In this document: piece by piece, positions 1-12,141 of the stretch | Layout: each line of letters opens with the position of its first letter | How positions within the stretch are numbered: the first letter of the stretch is position 1 | Origin: Eledone cirrhosa | Lineage: Eukaryota | NCBI GenBank assembly: GCA_964016885.1 | Contig: OZ024740.1 | Coordinates: forward strand, 18,910,001-18,974,000 | Direction of reading: 5' to 3' | Length of the DNA: 64,000 nt | Program-made: the position numbers and the translations under genes | Notes under the pieces: generated by a model | Database searches by the model: none | Seen by the model: the letters and a program-made list of their open reading frames with translations, nothing else | What the model was told of the DNA's origin: nothing

Positions 1-26
1 GATTAGCTTTAAACTCTGTTATTGTA

Positions 27-68
<42 letters not shown>

Positions 69-310
69 GGTAAATATTGATGCAATTCAATTCAAGCACT
101 CAGCGTTCTTTTTCCACATAGGAGTGACGGAGTAATATCGAATAAGGAAAAGCGAAGTAGTTTCAGATGTTCAAGTCCTTTAATAATAATGCTGTGATAT
201 ATATTTCAGTGACGACACTGGCCACACTGTTCTGTGTGCGAGTGTCGTGTCATCATCAGACAGCTTGTTACATAATAAGGTTATGTTTCCGAAGCAATCC
301 AAATTGGATC

Positions 311-342
<32 letters not shown>

Positions 343-455
343 CGTAGGTCCCGGGTTGAGTCGGGGATAACCACAGTAAGTAAGGTACTCAATACATGGC
401 AGAGTAAAATTTTTTAATGAAACAGTACTAGTCCTGTAGAAGCTCCTTCTATAAA
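343..455 (-). repeat. Family-A short interspersed element fragment with an inverted 3' half of a hammerhead, between (TA)n tracts
   Basis: CGTAGGTCCCGGGTTGAGTCGGGGATAACCACAGTAAG..GGTACTCAATAC recurs at 30844, 34830, 11970, 49238 and inverted at 51911; GAAACAGTACTAGTCCTGTAGAAGCT at 419-444. Confidence 0.75.
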
Positions 456-563
456 ATATATATATATATATAAGTGTGTGTGTAGAGGTTATATTTAATT
501 TGTTGGGATACAACAAGCAAAATATTTTTATAACTGATATAAAGTACTCAACAAATTATATTA

Positions 564-629
564 TATTTTATCTGATGAAAGCGCACCATAGTTTACTTTG
601 GTGGCCCTTGAAATATGTATAATGAAATA
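564..629 (+). ncRNA. Type I hammerhead ribozyme motif with minimal stem III
   Basis: Stem I TATTTTAT/ATGAAATA; CTGATGA 572-578; stem II AAG..CACCA/TGGTG..CTT; GAAA 610-613; T-ATGT-A stem III; AUA triplet. Confidence 0.7.
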
Positions 630-664
630 AATATTGGTTTTATAAATATAGTTTCCATTTGTTA

Positions 665-722
<58 letters not shown>

Positions 723-725
<3 letters not shown>

Positions 726-913
726 AAGGAATTATGGTAAGGAACCAGATGCACCATAACGCACCAGAGTACTCAATACTTAGGGTAGTAGAGTGGGAAA
801 TAGGAAAAAGTATGACCCCGACGGCAGGGCTCAAGCCGTTTCGACGGCTATTTCTGTCCAGAAATAGCCGTCGAAACGGCTTGAGCTCTGCCGCCGGGGT
901 AATACTTTTTCCT
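723..913. repeat. Family-B element, fold-back copy carrying hammerhead 3' halves on both strands
   Basis: Homologous to 47415-47553 and to 53229-53392 (reverse); inversion centred on hairpin GACGGCTATTTCTG/CAGAAATAGCCGTC (843-872); GAAA-CGGC..GCCG-TC-GGGGT on the minus strand. Confidence 0.7.
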
Positions 914-1398
914 CGGGTATGATTTTACATTCATTTAAATTATTGACGTATTGTTTTATTGATATTTTTTATCTGTTTGGCCCGAATCTTCCTTTATCGA
1001 TTTTAAATCGTATGGTTGATTGTAGACTTGTTCTATATGTGACGGTATTTTAACGATAGTTATAGCTCTGATTCATCTGAATTATTGAGCCCTCTGCCGC
1101 TCATATCGAATTTCGTTTTTCGTGAACTCGTGCGCCGATTTTTCGATACTCGATCTTTCTAATATATTTAGCTCTGGACATAGCTATCCACCAGTTAATT
1201 TTATTGCTCATTTTTTGTCGATTCTATTGAGTGATGAATAGCTTTTGTTTTATTTTAACATGTCTATTGAGCACTCTAATTCGATATGTGTATTTCCACA
1301 TTCACTCGAATTGTTTTCGCGGATATAGGGGTCATCTCCCTTGTCTAATGCCATGTGCGTTTTTCACCGCTAGTTGACTCCTCTGCCGCCAGGAAAAA

Positions 1399-1533
1399 AC
1401 TCGTTGACAACGTAAACTCCGTTCCACTTATTCTAGTAGGCTTTTATATTTATATGTGAGCTGATAGAGTACAGTCTAAGGATTTACAGAAACCCATGAA
1501 GCTAGATTTAACACCTTTCTAGTGGGTCCGGGT
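1399..1533 (+). ncRNA. Hammerhead ribozyme, U3-A8 core variant, long stem II
   Basis: Stem I ACTCG/CGGGT; core TTGACAA 1404-1410; stem II C-GTAAA...TTTAC-A (78 nt); GAAA 1489-1492; stem III CCCA/TGGG with inner CTAGA/TCTAG; GTC 1526-1528. Confidence 0.75.
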
Positions 1534-2013
1534 ATGATTTTACATTCATTTAAATTATTGACGTATTGTTTTATTGATATTTTTTATCTGTTTGGCCCGA
1601 ATCTTCCTTTATCGATTTTAAATCGTATGGTTGATTGTAGACTTGTTCTATATGTGACGGTATTTTAACGATAGTTATAGCTCTGATTCATCTGAATTAT
1701 TGAGCCCTCTGCCGCTCATATCGAATTTCGTTTTTCGTGAACTCGTGCGCCGATTTTTCGATACTCGATCTTTCTAATATATTTAGCTCTGGACATAGCT
1801 ATCCACCAGTTAATTTTATTGCTCATTTTTTGTCGATTCTATTGAGTGATGAATAGCTTTTGTTTTATTTTAACATGTCTATTGAGCACTCTAATTCGAT
1901 ATGTGTATTTCCACATTCACTCGAATTGTTTTCGCGGATATAGGGGTCATCTCCCTTGTCTAATGCCATGTGCGTTTTTCACCGCTAGTTGACTCCTCTG
2001 CCGCCAGGAAAAA

Positions 2014-2148
2014 ACTCGTTGACAACGTAAACTCCGTTCCACTTATTCTAGTAGGCTTTTATATTTATATGTGAGCTGATAGAGTACAGTCTAAGGATTT
2101 ACAGAAACCCATGAAGCTAGATTTAACACCTTTCTAGTGGGTCCGGGT
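2014..2148 (+). ncRNA. Hammerhead ribozyme (second copy in the 615-bp array)
   Basis: Same sequence as 1399-1533, shifted by 615. Confidence 0.75.
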
Positions 2149-2385
2149 ATGATTTTACATTCATTTAAATTATTGACGTATTGTTTTATTGATATTTTTT
2201 ATCTGTTTGGCCCGAATCTTCCTTTATCGATTTTAAATCGTATGGTTGATTGTAGACTTGTTCTATATGTGACGGTATTTTAACGATAGTTATAGCTCTG
2301 ATTCATCTGAATTATTGAGCCCTCTGCCGCTCATATCGAATTTCGTTTTTCGTGAACTCGTGCGCCGATTTTTCGATACTCGATC

Positions 2386-2439
<54 letters not shown>

Positions 2440-2779
2440 AGAGAGAGAGAGAAAGATTATATATTTCATTATTTGTAGACCACGAAAAGATCATTTTTCC
2501 GAGAGAATTTCCATCCAACTGAATAACTCAATACACGTAAAGTGTAAAATATTTGAAAAGTTATATAATTCACAAAATTAAACTATTTATTTCTAATTTC
2601 ATCAAACCTTTGAAATTGCTACAATTCCTTGATTTTTATTCGTTTCTTTTTCAAAATAATTTCTGCCAGCAACTACTACAAATGGGTGCAGCAGTGTTGT
2701 GCGGTTAACAAGTTCACTCCACAAACATGTGATTCCGGCTTCAGTCTCTATGTGGCACCTTGTGAAATGTCTTTACAAT

Positions 2780-2932
2780 CCCAGTGTATTACTGGTACTT
2801 TATTTTATCGACCCCGTAAGGATGAAAGGGATAGTTAACCTCGTCGGGATTTGAACTCAGACCGTAAAAGGGACGTAACTATGCTAGAAAGCATGTCGTC
2901 CAACCCTCTACCGATGCTGCCAATTCACCGTC
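2780..2932 (-). mobile_element. SINE (abundant family with GCCTTTCATCCTTACGGGGTCGATAAAATAAAGTACCAG core)
   Basis: Same core at about 4146-4300, 11313-11450, 12681-12868, 13915-14075, 16699-16876, 28365-28544, 30344-30452, 36908-37017; head only at 46095-46184; B-box-like GAGTTCAAATCC. Confidence 0.75.
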
Positions 2933-3084
2933 TTAGACTATATACAATATTATATATAGACTATATAAAATATTGTCATAGTGTATATAATGTCTATTCT
3001 TGGTCAGTTAGAATGAATCATATTTAACTGGGTAATGTCTAAAAACATCTGACTGATAAAATGACAAGTTAATCAATCATATTG

Positions 3085-3243
3085 GTGGCCTCCCCACAGC
3101 CCCGGCGTACAGAACGGAGAAGGCGTTTACTCGGAGGACGGCAAGGGAGACGCGCTGGAAAAGCCATTTCAGCTCGCGAGGCTCACACCTGCGGCTGGCC
3201 AGCTCAGCGCCTATGGAGGTAAGTAAGGAGGTAGCCCTAGGTC
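3085..3243 (-). pseudogene. C-terminal remnant of an RLE non-LTR retrotransposon (CRE-like)
   Basis: RATSLLTSIGAELASRRCEPRELKWLFQRVSLAVLR; second copy at 4849-5125. Confidence 0.55.
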
Positions 3244-3373
3244 TATAGCCTCGGCTTAAAACGATACCTTCAGAGTGGAAGTTGTCTCTGTTCATATTCC
3301 GTAATTTAGCGGCTCGACATAAAAAGATATAAATAATATACGTATGAGATTTAAAAACAAAAATAAAAGCTAT

Positions 3374-3445
3374 TCCTCGGTAGTGTAGTGGTAAGTATCC
3401 TCGCTTGTCACGCAGGAGACCGGGGTTCGATTCCCCGCCAGGGAG
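3374..3445 (+). tRNA. tRNA-Asp(GTC), possibly a pseudogene
   Basis: TCCTCGGTAGTGTAGTGGTAAGTATCCTCGCTTGTCACGCAGGAGACCGGGGTTCGATTCCCCGCCAGGGAG; A and B boxes, GTC anticodon, TTTT downstream; one C-A mismatch each in the acceptor and anticodon stems. Confidence 0.85.
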
Positions 3446-3808
3446 GCTCAAATTTTAATGGTGGTGTCCCAGCATGTCCTCAGCCTCTCTGCTGGAACAT
3501 GTAATAGAGTAATAGAGTAAAGTAGTGGGCTTTATGTGATTGACTAAATCAAGGCAGTGCTCCAGGTTGGCCGAAATCTGTTAGCTGAAACCAGTAGAAA
3601 AAAAAAAGATTAAACACATTTGTAATATCTCTAGAGTAGCTTGACATTATCAATCACTTATTAAAATATTCCTAAACAGAGAGTGTGTAGTTAATATGAA
3701 GCATTATGAGAGATGTAGTAAAAGCCGATAGATTCCCTTTTAAAAGACAGTACAATGTGAGAGAAAAATACGAAGGACAAATGATGATAAATGAAACAAA
3801 AGAAAATA

Positions 3809-4018
3809 ATGTTTAACCCAGTGTACTGTACCATGATATTTCAGGGCTTATACCCTCTTTTCAAATGTAAGGTTGAAACAGTCCAAGACAAAACAAGAGA
3901 GCGATCAGAGTTCTCAGTATTTTTGCTCGTTTGTTTTGTCTTGGAATGTTTCATCTTCGCACCTGAAGAGAGGGCAGTAGCCATGAAATATCATGTTAAA
4001 ATACACTGGGTAAAACAT
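3809..4018. repeat. Diverged inverted repeat with a degenerate HHR-like core in each arm
   Basis: Plus arm CTGAAGA-GAGGGCAGTAGCCAT-GAAA-TATCATG; minus arm TTGAAAA-GAGGGTATAAGCCCT-GAAA-TATCATG; stems I and III not convincing. Confidence 0.5.
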
Positions 4019-4667
4019 CACCTTCTTTTGTTATCTTTCATTTGTCATAATTTGCTCCTCGTATTTTCTGCCACATTGTACCGGCTTGAAAAAAAAGATT
4101 TATCTGTCTTTTACATTTCTAAACATGTTTATACACCCTAATAATAGTTTCTGATTCAGGCACCAGGCCAACCATTTTTAGAAGGGGAAAGTCGATTAAA
4201 TCGATCCCAGTGCGTGTCTAGTACTTTATTTTGCTGACCCCGTAAGGATGAAAGGCGAAGCTAACCTCGGTGGGTTTTGAACTCAGAACGTAAAGTACTG
4301 TAACTCTATTGTGTATGGAGCCGTAACTCGTGAAGGAGTCGTTGAAAAAAGAGTCGAAAAGAATAAAGATTGTGTCCAAATCCTCATTTAAAAGACTTGA
4401 AAGGTGGTAACATTAAGTTAGACATGGCCAGGGCCAATACTTGCAAAACACTATTGAACTTATCAAAGTTATATATATCTATAATATTATAAAGCTGAGC
4501 GTCGTATGTATGTATCCTATACACCTCCCTATAGTTTCTTAGCTTTACTCTCTCCGTCGCTCTTCCCTCTCTCTATAATAGATCATTCCCCCTCTCTATA
4601 ATTTAACTGTTTTACTCTCTCTGTCGCTTTTCACTCACTCTCAAATATTATAAAGCTGAGCGCCGTC

Positions 4668-4736
<69 letters not shown>

Positions 4737-4848
4737 TCCCTCTTTCACCCTCTCTATAATTTAACTGCTTTACTCTCTGTCCCTCTACACTCTCTATATC
4801 ACAACATTCTTTTACTTTCCGTATCTACCTTCAATATATCAATATACA

Positions 4849-5125
4849 CCCAGGTTCTGCTGCACGTCGGGCTGAGGGGGCCAAACTCCTCAAATACCGG
4901 TCGCTCTCCGACAGGTTTGCGGTCGTTCCCCTGGCAGTGGAGACTTCTGGTGTCCTCGGCTCCAGGGCTACCTCCTTACTCTCCACCATAGGCGCTGAGC
5001 TGGCCAGCCGCAGGTGTGAGCCTCGCGAGTTGGAGTGGCTTTTCCAGTATCTCCCTTGTCGTCCTCCGGGGAAACGCCTTCTCCATTCTGTCCGCCGGGG
5101 CTGTGGGTGGGCCCCATCGCGTACC
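4849..5125 (+). pseudogene. C-terminal remnant of an RLE non-LTR retrotransposon (CRE-like)
   Basis: FAVVPLAVETSGVLGSRATSLLSTIGAELASRRCEPRELEWLFQ then a frameshift; RGNA-like end. Confidence 0.6.
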
Positions 5126-5461
5126 GTTGTAGTTGTTGTATACAGATATTAACTCATCAATCCCATTATTTTAGAGATGAGCGTCGTATGTATGTTTATT
5201 TCAAAAGGATAACCTCCTTCAAATTCGGTCAACACACAAGCAGGTAATACATACATCAAAAGGCATATCTTAGAGAGACAGAGAGTGAAAGAGACAGATT
5301 AGGAAAACTACACACACACATCTAAAGAGAGAGAGAGGAGAGAGGAGAGAGAGAGAGAGACAGGGAAAGAGAAACAGAGGGACAGGCAAGCAGGTAATAC
5401 ATACATCTAAGATCATTTGGATACAAATATCATAATATAATGGTTGCAGAACGAAAATACA

Positions 5462-5661
5462 NNNNNNNNNNNNNNNNNNNNNNNNNNNNNNNNNNNNNNN
5501 NNNNNNNNNNNNNNNNNNNNNNNNNNNNNNNNNNNNNNNNNNNNNNNNNNNNNNNNNNNNNNNNNNNNNNNNNNNNNNNNNNNNNNNNNNNNNNNNNNNN
5601 NNNNNNNNNNNNNNNNNNNNNNNNNNNNNNNNNNNNNNNNNNNNNNNNNNNNNNNNNNNNN
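5462..5661. other. Assembly gap (200 N)
   Basis: Run of N. Confidence 1.
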
Positions 5662-5785
5662 CATTAAGCATCGAAACCAGGTTTATGTAACCCATACAAG
5701 TGGCATTGTTTCTTCTGTTGATTCGGTCTTAAAATTTTGTTCTCGTTCCGCAATTTTATATATATGTATATATATGTATATATAT

Positions 5786-6232
5786 ATATTGTTATATTTG
5801 GGGAGGGTCATATTTGTGTAATATTGCCAGAATTAATAACAGAACACACTCACTGTTTGGTTGGTTTAATATGGTTTAATATGGTTTAATATGGTTTAAT
5901 ATGGTTTAATAAATATATAGATAGACTGAATAAAAAATGGCGTAGACATACAACACAACAGGAGGAAAAAATATAACACCACTGACGATGTTGCAGATGT
6001 GCAACGAAAGATTTATGTAAATTATGTAAACTATATATATGTGTTTGTGTCTATATTGTATCTGTATTATTTTTGACCGTCGGTCAGTCAATGGCAACAT
6101 TGAGGACCGATTAAGTTAGATCGCAGATATAAAAGACAGCGAGAAGCGAAAACCAACCAAACAGTGAGTGTGTTCTGTTATTAATTCTGGCAATATTACA
6201 CAAATATGACCCTCCCCAAGTATAACAATATT
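5786..6232. repeat. Element with about 80-bp inverted termini, an internal (TATGGTTTAA)n and an HHR-like motif at 6096-6179 (+)
   Basis: 5786-5868 is the reverse complement of 6149-6232; AACA-TTGAGGA...GAAA-AC..GT-TC-TGTT; related fragment near 49909-49960. Confidence 0.6.
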
Positions 6233-6269
6233 TGTTTCGACACACGATTTCATATAAAAAACCTCGCTA

Positions 6270-6315
<46 letters not shown>

Positions 6316-6954
6316 GCACATACATAGAAACACGCCTACGCATACATACATATATATATATATGTATGTATATCTGTGTGTGTGTATGTATATATGTGTG
6401 TATCTGTGTGTGTGCATGTGTATGTGTGTGTGTATGTGTGTGTATGTGTGTGTGTATGTATATCTGTATGTGTGTATGTGTGTGTATGTGTGTATGTGTG
6501 TGTGTGTCTGTGTGTATGTGTGTGTGTCTGTGTGTGTGTGTGTATTAGCGCTTATATATTGTTTCCTTAGTCTCATCTAAGCAATCGGTTCCTTTCCTTT
6601 ATGGCATAGAAATTCTTCTTTTCTTCTCGTTTTGGAACCAGCCGTCTTCGAGTGTCCATGTTCCACACCGGCCAGACAATCAAACACAATATAGACCAGT
6701 AATCGTATGATGACCGTTGTATCACTTCTTTTGCTTTGCAGACGATTTGAAGTTATATAAAATAAAATAAATTAAATTTGATTTTATATACAAAGCGTTG
6801 CCTTCTGCCTGAAAAAATATCAATAAGATAGAAATATACTGCTCTGTTCACTTATTCATATCTTCATATAATTCTCTCCCTTATACGAGGATAAATTATA
6901 AATAATTAATTAGTGGACTTTGACCCCCACGACCCTCTCGGGAATAAGTGGGAT

Positions 6955-6955
6955 G

Positions 6956-6986
<31 letters not shown>

Positions 6987-7061
6987 GAAGAAGAAGAAGA
7001 AAAAGAAGAAGAAGAAGAAGAAGAAGAAGAAGAAGAAGAAGAAGAAGAAGAAGAAGAAGAA
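6955..7061. repeat. (AAG)n microsatellite
   Basis: Direct inspection. Confidence 0.95.
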
Positions 7062-7110
7062 GGCATTTCTGATGATTTCATACGAATGAAACAGTTCTAA
7101 AAAGATGCCT
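7061..7110 (+). ncRNA. Degenerate family-A hammerhead motif
   Basis: AGGCATTT-CTGATGA-TTTCATACGAAT-GAAA-CAGTTCT..AGATGCCT; stem III 3' arm damaged. Confidence 0.5.
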
Positions 7111-7120
7111 ATACTCTGCC

Positions 7121-7236
<116 letters not shown>

Positions 7237-7341
7237 ATATATATATGAATAAATGTATGTATATATATACTCACACATAACACATCAAAGGAAACCATAC
7301 AGATACACCCCTACCCCCAAATATATATACATATATGTATC

Positions 7342-7375
<34 letters not shown>

Positions 7376-7537
7376 GTTGGGGGTAGGTGTATATCTGTAT
7401 ATATATGTGGAGAAGGGGTGTATCTGCGTATATATATAAGCCGGTGTCCTGGCATGCTCGCACTCAGATAACTTAAAAATGAAAGAATCTATACATACAT
7501 ACATACATACATACATACGTACATACATACATACATA

Positions 7538-10090
7538 GATCCTAAATCAGTTTATCGCAGCTTCGGTGGCAAAAGCTCAATCTCTGTAAATGACACCCCT
7601 TCAAAAGAACAGGTTGAGAGCTACTGGAGATCTGTATGGGAAACGGATGACGGATTCAACAGACAAGCTAATTGGCTAAAAGAACTGGAACAGGACTACT
7701 GCCAACATGTCCAGACAAAACAATATGACATAGATGGGTCAATACTGGAAACAGCTCTACAGAAAATGTCGAATAGGAAATCGCCAGGCCCAGACCTCAT
7801 TACAGGATACTGGTTGAAGAATTTCACTTTCTATCGGCAAGATCTCATACGGCTGTTTACAGAAACCATTAAGGGCACACAAGAACTGCCCAGATGGTTA
7901 TCAACTGCCTCTACTCTCCTCATTCCCCAAAATAGCCAAACCACCCTTGCTAAAAATTACCGCCCAATTGCCTGCCAAAACATCATGTATAAATTATATA
8001 CTGGGTGCCTTAACCTGTTCTTACAGGATCACTGTGCTACCAACAACATCATAACACCTGAGCAAGCTGGTGGAAAGAGGGAGGTGTGGGGTTGCATAGA
8101 TCACCTACTAACTAACAAAATGATTCAGGAAAAAACAACAAAGAATCGCAGAAACATGACTGTCGTGTGGCTGGACTATCAAAAAGCATTTGATAGTGTA
8201 CCTCATGGGTGGATTGTTAAGGCTTTACAGTTAGCTAAAGTCCCACAACCATTGGTAGCTGCTGTTGAACGCCTGACCAAGAACTGGTACACCAGTTTGA
8301 TCCTTAGAGGTGAGAAGGAGCAGGTTAAGACTGATAAGATACATTACCAGAAGGGCATCTTTCAGGGTGATAGCTTGTCAGTGCTACTCTTCGTTCTCTC
8401 ACTGAATCCACTATCTTACCTCCTCAAGAAACAAGGTCGACAAAGAAGTGGGACCAGAAGTATCTCCCATCTTTTCTTTGTTGATGACCTGAAGTTGTAT
8501 GGGCCAAATATCAATGACATCAAGAAACAATTGGACCTCATTACACAATTTTCAACCGACATCAAAATGAAATTTGGTGAGTCCAAGTGTGCATATTTGG
8601 CAGTAAAACGTGGAAGAGCTGTGCCCTCCTCTAGAAATCTAGAGATGAACGGCCTGACAATACAACCTCTGCAGTCAGGTGACAACTACAGATATCTTGG
8701 ACAGGATGAGAATGTCAGATATGATGGACCCATAAATAAGGAGAGAACCAGAACTGAATACCTCAGAAGAGTAAAGAAAATATGGTCATCAGAACTGTCA
8801 GCATACAACAAATACATTGCCCACAATACTTATGCTGTGCCAATTCTAACGCCAACATTTGGCCTACTGAACTGGTCATTGCAAGAACTAAGTGAGATGG
8901 ATGTTAGAACTCGAAAACTTCTCAGTGTTACTGGGAACTTTAACATCAATGGTGATGTGGATAGGCTATACTTCTCACGCAAGGAAGGTGGCCGGGGTCT
9001 AAAATCAATATTAACAACATATGAGACCCGGATAGTGACACTGAAGCAACACCTTCAACAGAGGAAAAAGGTTGGCAACCATCTTGCCCAGGTTTATGAC
9101 CATGAAAAAAGAAATATCATTAGAATAGCGACTGATCTGGAGGAGAGATATGGAATAAAGCCCGATATAAATCTCTCACCCAGAGAAATCGGAAGATCCT
9201 ATTCAATGTTCAAACAAGAAAAAAAAATCGACCAATTTACAGAAAAAGTTGTGCATGGATACTTGAGGCGTAAAACACAGACCATAGAGGGGATAAACCA
9301 CTCAAAAAGCCTGGCATGGGGTTCCGACAAGTTTATGACATCACACCTTGAGGGATATCTCTATGCAATACAGGAACAAGAACTCCCTACCAAATATCTG
9401 CTGCACAAAAGAGGAGGGCCAGCAGCTGACAATAAATGTAGGCTATGTAAAACAAAGATCGAGGATGTAAGCCACATTGTTGCCAGCTGCGAAAGAATGT
9501 CATCTCGCTACTACCTCCCCATGAGACACGATGGGATAGCTAGAACCATCTGGAACGCACTTCGGAAAACAAAATCAACAACAAACGAGGAAGAATATAT
9601 TGAGACAGATGGCACTAAGGAATACTGGTGGAACCTGAAAATAAAAACTGCCACCAAATTAAAGCACAACCGGCCTGATATTGTAGTTTGGGACCACACA
9701 TTGAAAACGTGTTCTGTTGTGGAGATCAGCTGCCCACTTGATGTAAACGTTGTCAGAAAAATACAGGAGAAGGAGGACATCTACGGACCATTGATGAGGA
9801 GTTTACAAATCCAGTATCCAAGATACACCTTTAGCTTCATACCCATCATTATTGGTGCTACGGGTTATATACCAACCCGCTTGGACCAAAGTATGACTGA
9901 ACTTGAATTTGCGGACAAAAAGCGCAGCTCCCTAATTCATAGTCTACAAATGGCTGCGATAGCTGGCACCTTCAAAATTTGCAAAACATTCTTGCGATTC
10001 AAGGGATGACAATTTCTTTTCTTTTACAACCTTGCCACCAGGAAGGTGGCCGGTCAAAAAATATACTCAAAATTAAGAGAAAGAGAAAAT
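7538..10090 (+). mobile_element. 5'-truncated R4/Dong-like non-LTR retrotransposon (RT + CCHC + RLE) inserted in (CATA)n
   Basis: Reading frame open from 7538 to the stop at 10009; (CATA)n on both sides. Confidence 0.85.
7766..10009 (+). CDS. Reverse transcriptase / restriction-like endonuclease ORF of the R4/Dong-like element (747 aa, N-terminally truncated)
   Basis: Motifs KSPGPD, YRPIAC, LDYQKAFDSVPH, GIFQGDSLS, FFVDDLKLY, EGGRGL, CRLC..HIVASC, RHD, RPDIVV..VEISCP. Confidence 0.9.
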   Translation: MSNRKSPGPDLITGYWLKNFTFYRQDLIRLFTETIKGTQELPRWLSTASTLLIPQNSQTTLAKNYRPIACQNIMYKLYTGCLNLFLQDHCATNNIITPEQAGGKREVWGCIDHLLTNKMIQEKTTKNRRNMTVVWLDYQKAFDSVPHGWIVKALQLAKVPQPLVAAVERLTKNWYTSLILRGEKEQVKTDKIHYQKGIFQGDSLSVLLFVLSLNPLSYLLKKQGRQRSGTRSISHLFFVDDLKLYGPNINDIKKQLDLITQFSTDIKMKFGESKCAYLAVKRGRAVPSSRNLEMNGLTIQPLQSGDNYRYLGQDENVRYDGPINKERTRTEYLRRVKKIWSSELSAYNKYIAHNTYAVPILTPTFGLLNWSLQELSEMDVRTRKLLSVTGNFNINGDVDRLYFSRKEGGRGLKSILTTYETRIVTLKQHLQQRKKVGNHLAQVYDHEKRNIIRIATDLEERYGIKPDINLSPREIGRSYSMFKQEKKIDQFTEKVVHGYLRRKTQTIEGINHSKSLAWGSDKFMTSHLEGYLYAIQEQELPTKYLLHKRGGPAADNKCRLCKTKIEDVSHIVASCERMSSRYYLPMRHDGIARTIWNALRKTKSTTNEEEYIETDGTKEYWWNLKIKTATKLKHNRPDIVVWDHTLKTCSVVEISCPLDVNVVRKIQEKEDIYGPLMRSLQIQYPRYTFSFIPIIIGATGYIPTRLDQSMTELEFADKKRSSLIHSLQMAAIAGTFKICKTFLRFKG

Positions 10091-10691
10091 ATACATACAC
10101 ACATACATACATACATACATACATACATACATACATACATACATACATACATACATACATACATACATACGTACATACATACATACATACACACATACGT
10201 ACATACATACATACATACGCACATACGTACATACACACATACATACACACATACATACATACATACATACATACATACATACATACATACATACATACAT
10301 ACATACGTACATACATACATACATACACACATACGTACATACATACATACATACATACATACATACATACATACATACATACATACATACACACATACGT
10401 ACATACATACATACATACATACATACATACACACATACGTACATACATACATACATACATACATACATACATACATACATACATACATACATACACACAT
10501 ACGTACATACATACATACATACATACATACATACATACATACATACATACATACATACATACATACGTACATACATACATACATACATACATACATACAT
10601 ACATACATACATACATACGTACATACATACATACATACATACATACGTACATACATACATACATACATACATACATACATACATACATACA

Positions 10692-10721
<30 letters not shown>
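10091..10721. repeat. (CATA)n tetranucleotide array with CGTA and CACA variants
   Basis: Direct inspection. Confidence 0.95.
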
Positions 10722-10723
<2 letters not shown>

Positions 10724-11901
10724 AAGGCGTCTCTATATAAGACAGTGACATGAACCTGGAGCAATATATGTTAATAATGCAAGACATATGTATAAGGTCT
10801 GTCCCTTAGAGAAAGGTCAACATACATAGGATATATAATTCCCAGGGACAGAACATTTTTGATTAGTCAGAACCCAATAATCCCACCCCTTAAAATAACA
10901 CTCCTGGGGAGCAAGAACGAAATAAAACACTCCTATGAAAAGGGGCGAAAAACAAAACAAAACAAAACGAAAAACACAGTAAAAGAAATCAGGACTCCAA
11001 AAAATATAAAAAGGGAACGCTAAAATGTAGTAAAATTCACAAAAGAATCAGCTCCAGTACATAATAAAATAAGGCCACCGTTCCGAGGAAATAGCTCTCT
11101 GCCTGTTGATCCTAAAAGGATGTGTGAAATATAAGTATCTATGGACCCGTAGCTCCCGAACGAGTAGTATGGGCGCCATATTGAGATAAGTCGTTTCAAG
11201 CTCTTTTTTTTAACCTGGCAGAAACCATCTCTCCACGTCTGAATACAACAGATTTCTTCCAGAGAAGGATAAAGTGTGGGAGTGAGGAAGTAAGAAAGAG
11301 ATATAGAGAAAGAATCGACCCCAGTATTTGACTGGTATTTCTTTTACCGACCTTAAATTGATGAAATGCAAAGTTGACCTCGATGAGATTTGAACTCAGA
11401 GAACAGAGAGTCGAAATGAAATAGCCCAAATCCTTCTATCTGCCGCCTTGTACAGAAAGATATGGTCATGTCAAACACGACCATGGTTTAGTTTCCGGTT
11501 GACTTTAGCAGGATTTGAACTGAAAGTGCAGAGAGTTGAAACGAATACTGCAAAATATTCTATCCGACGTTCTGATGACTACCAACTTGCCGCCATGATG
11601 TGTGAGATACTGCTGGGTTAATCTCAAAATTGTTTCCACTTCTCCGATGGAAATATATTAGCCTGATGATTTCTTTGATACTTCAACTCTACACAGAGAA
11701 ATGGTAACCAACAATTACGTTAATATAAAGTAGGAACATGTAATATCAACCACAGAGTAAACGAACTTTACAACGGTCACTTGAGTTTAAATGTTTCAGC
11801 ATCTCGCATACACCCACTGGGTATATACTATTTCAAAGAATATACATATTTCTACTAGAAATATAATTATATCCAGAGTACACACACACGCACGCACACA
11901 C

Positions 11902-11965
<64 letters not shown>

Positions 11966-11966
<1 letters not shown>

Positions 11967-12141
11967 TTATTCCGGGTTGAATCGGAGATAACCACAGTAA
12001 GGTACTCAATACATAGCAGAGTATAAAAGTTTTAATATAGAAGAGCTTCTACAGGACTAGAACTGTTTCATTCGTGAGAAATCATCAGTGACCTTCCTGA
12101 TGATTTCTCACGAATGAACAATTCTAGTCCTGTAGAAGCTC

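Larger units (their letters stand above)
914..2397 (+). mobile_element. 615-bp non-coding tandem repeat (2.4 copies), retrozyme-like, one HHR per unit
   Basis: Units start at 914, 1529 and 2144 (CGGGTATGATTTTAC) and appear identical by eye; array ends in (TA)n; no ORF. Confidence 0.85.

Noticed and set aside
1461-1468. CTGATAGA as the hammerhead core of the 615-bp unit
   Set aside because: It gives no stem I; TTGACAA at 1404 gives both stem I (ACTCG/CGGGT) and stem II
1488-1533. Hairpin-ribozyme loop A (AGAA / NGUC)
   Set aside because: Flanking helices do not pair and no loop B was found
9979-10787. Long ORFs of YIHT/MYVC repeats (likewise 6206-6580, 32153-33329, 46499-47372)
   Set aside because: Translations of microsatellites
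11663-11700. Isolated CTGATGA (also near 11572)
   Set aside because: No matching stems or suitably placed GAAA
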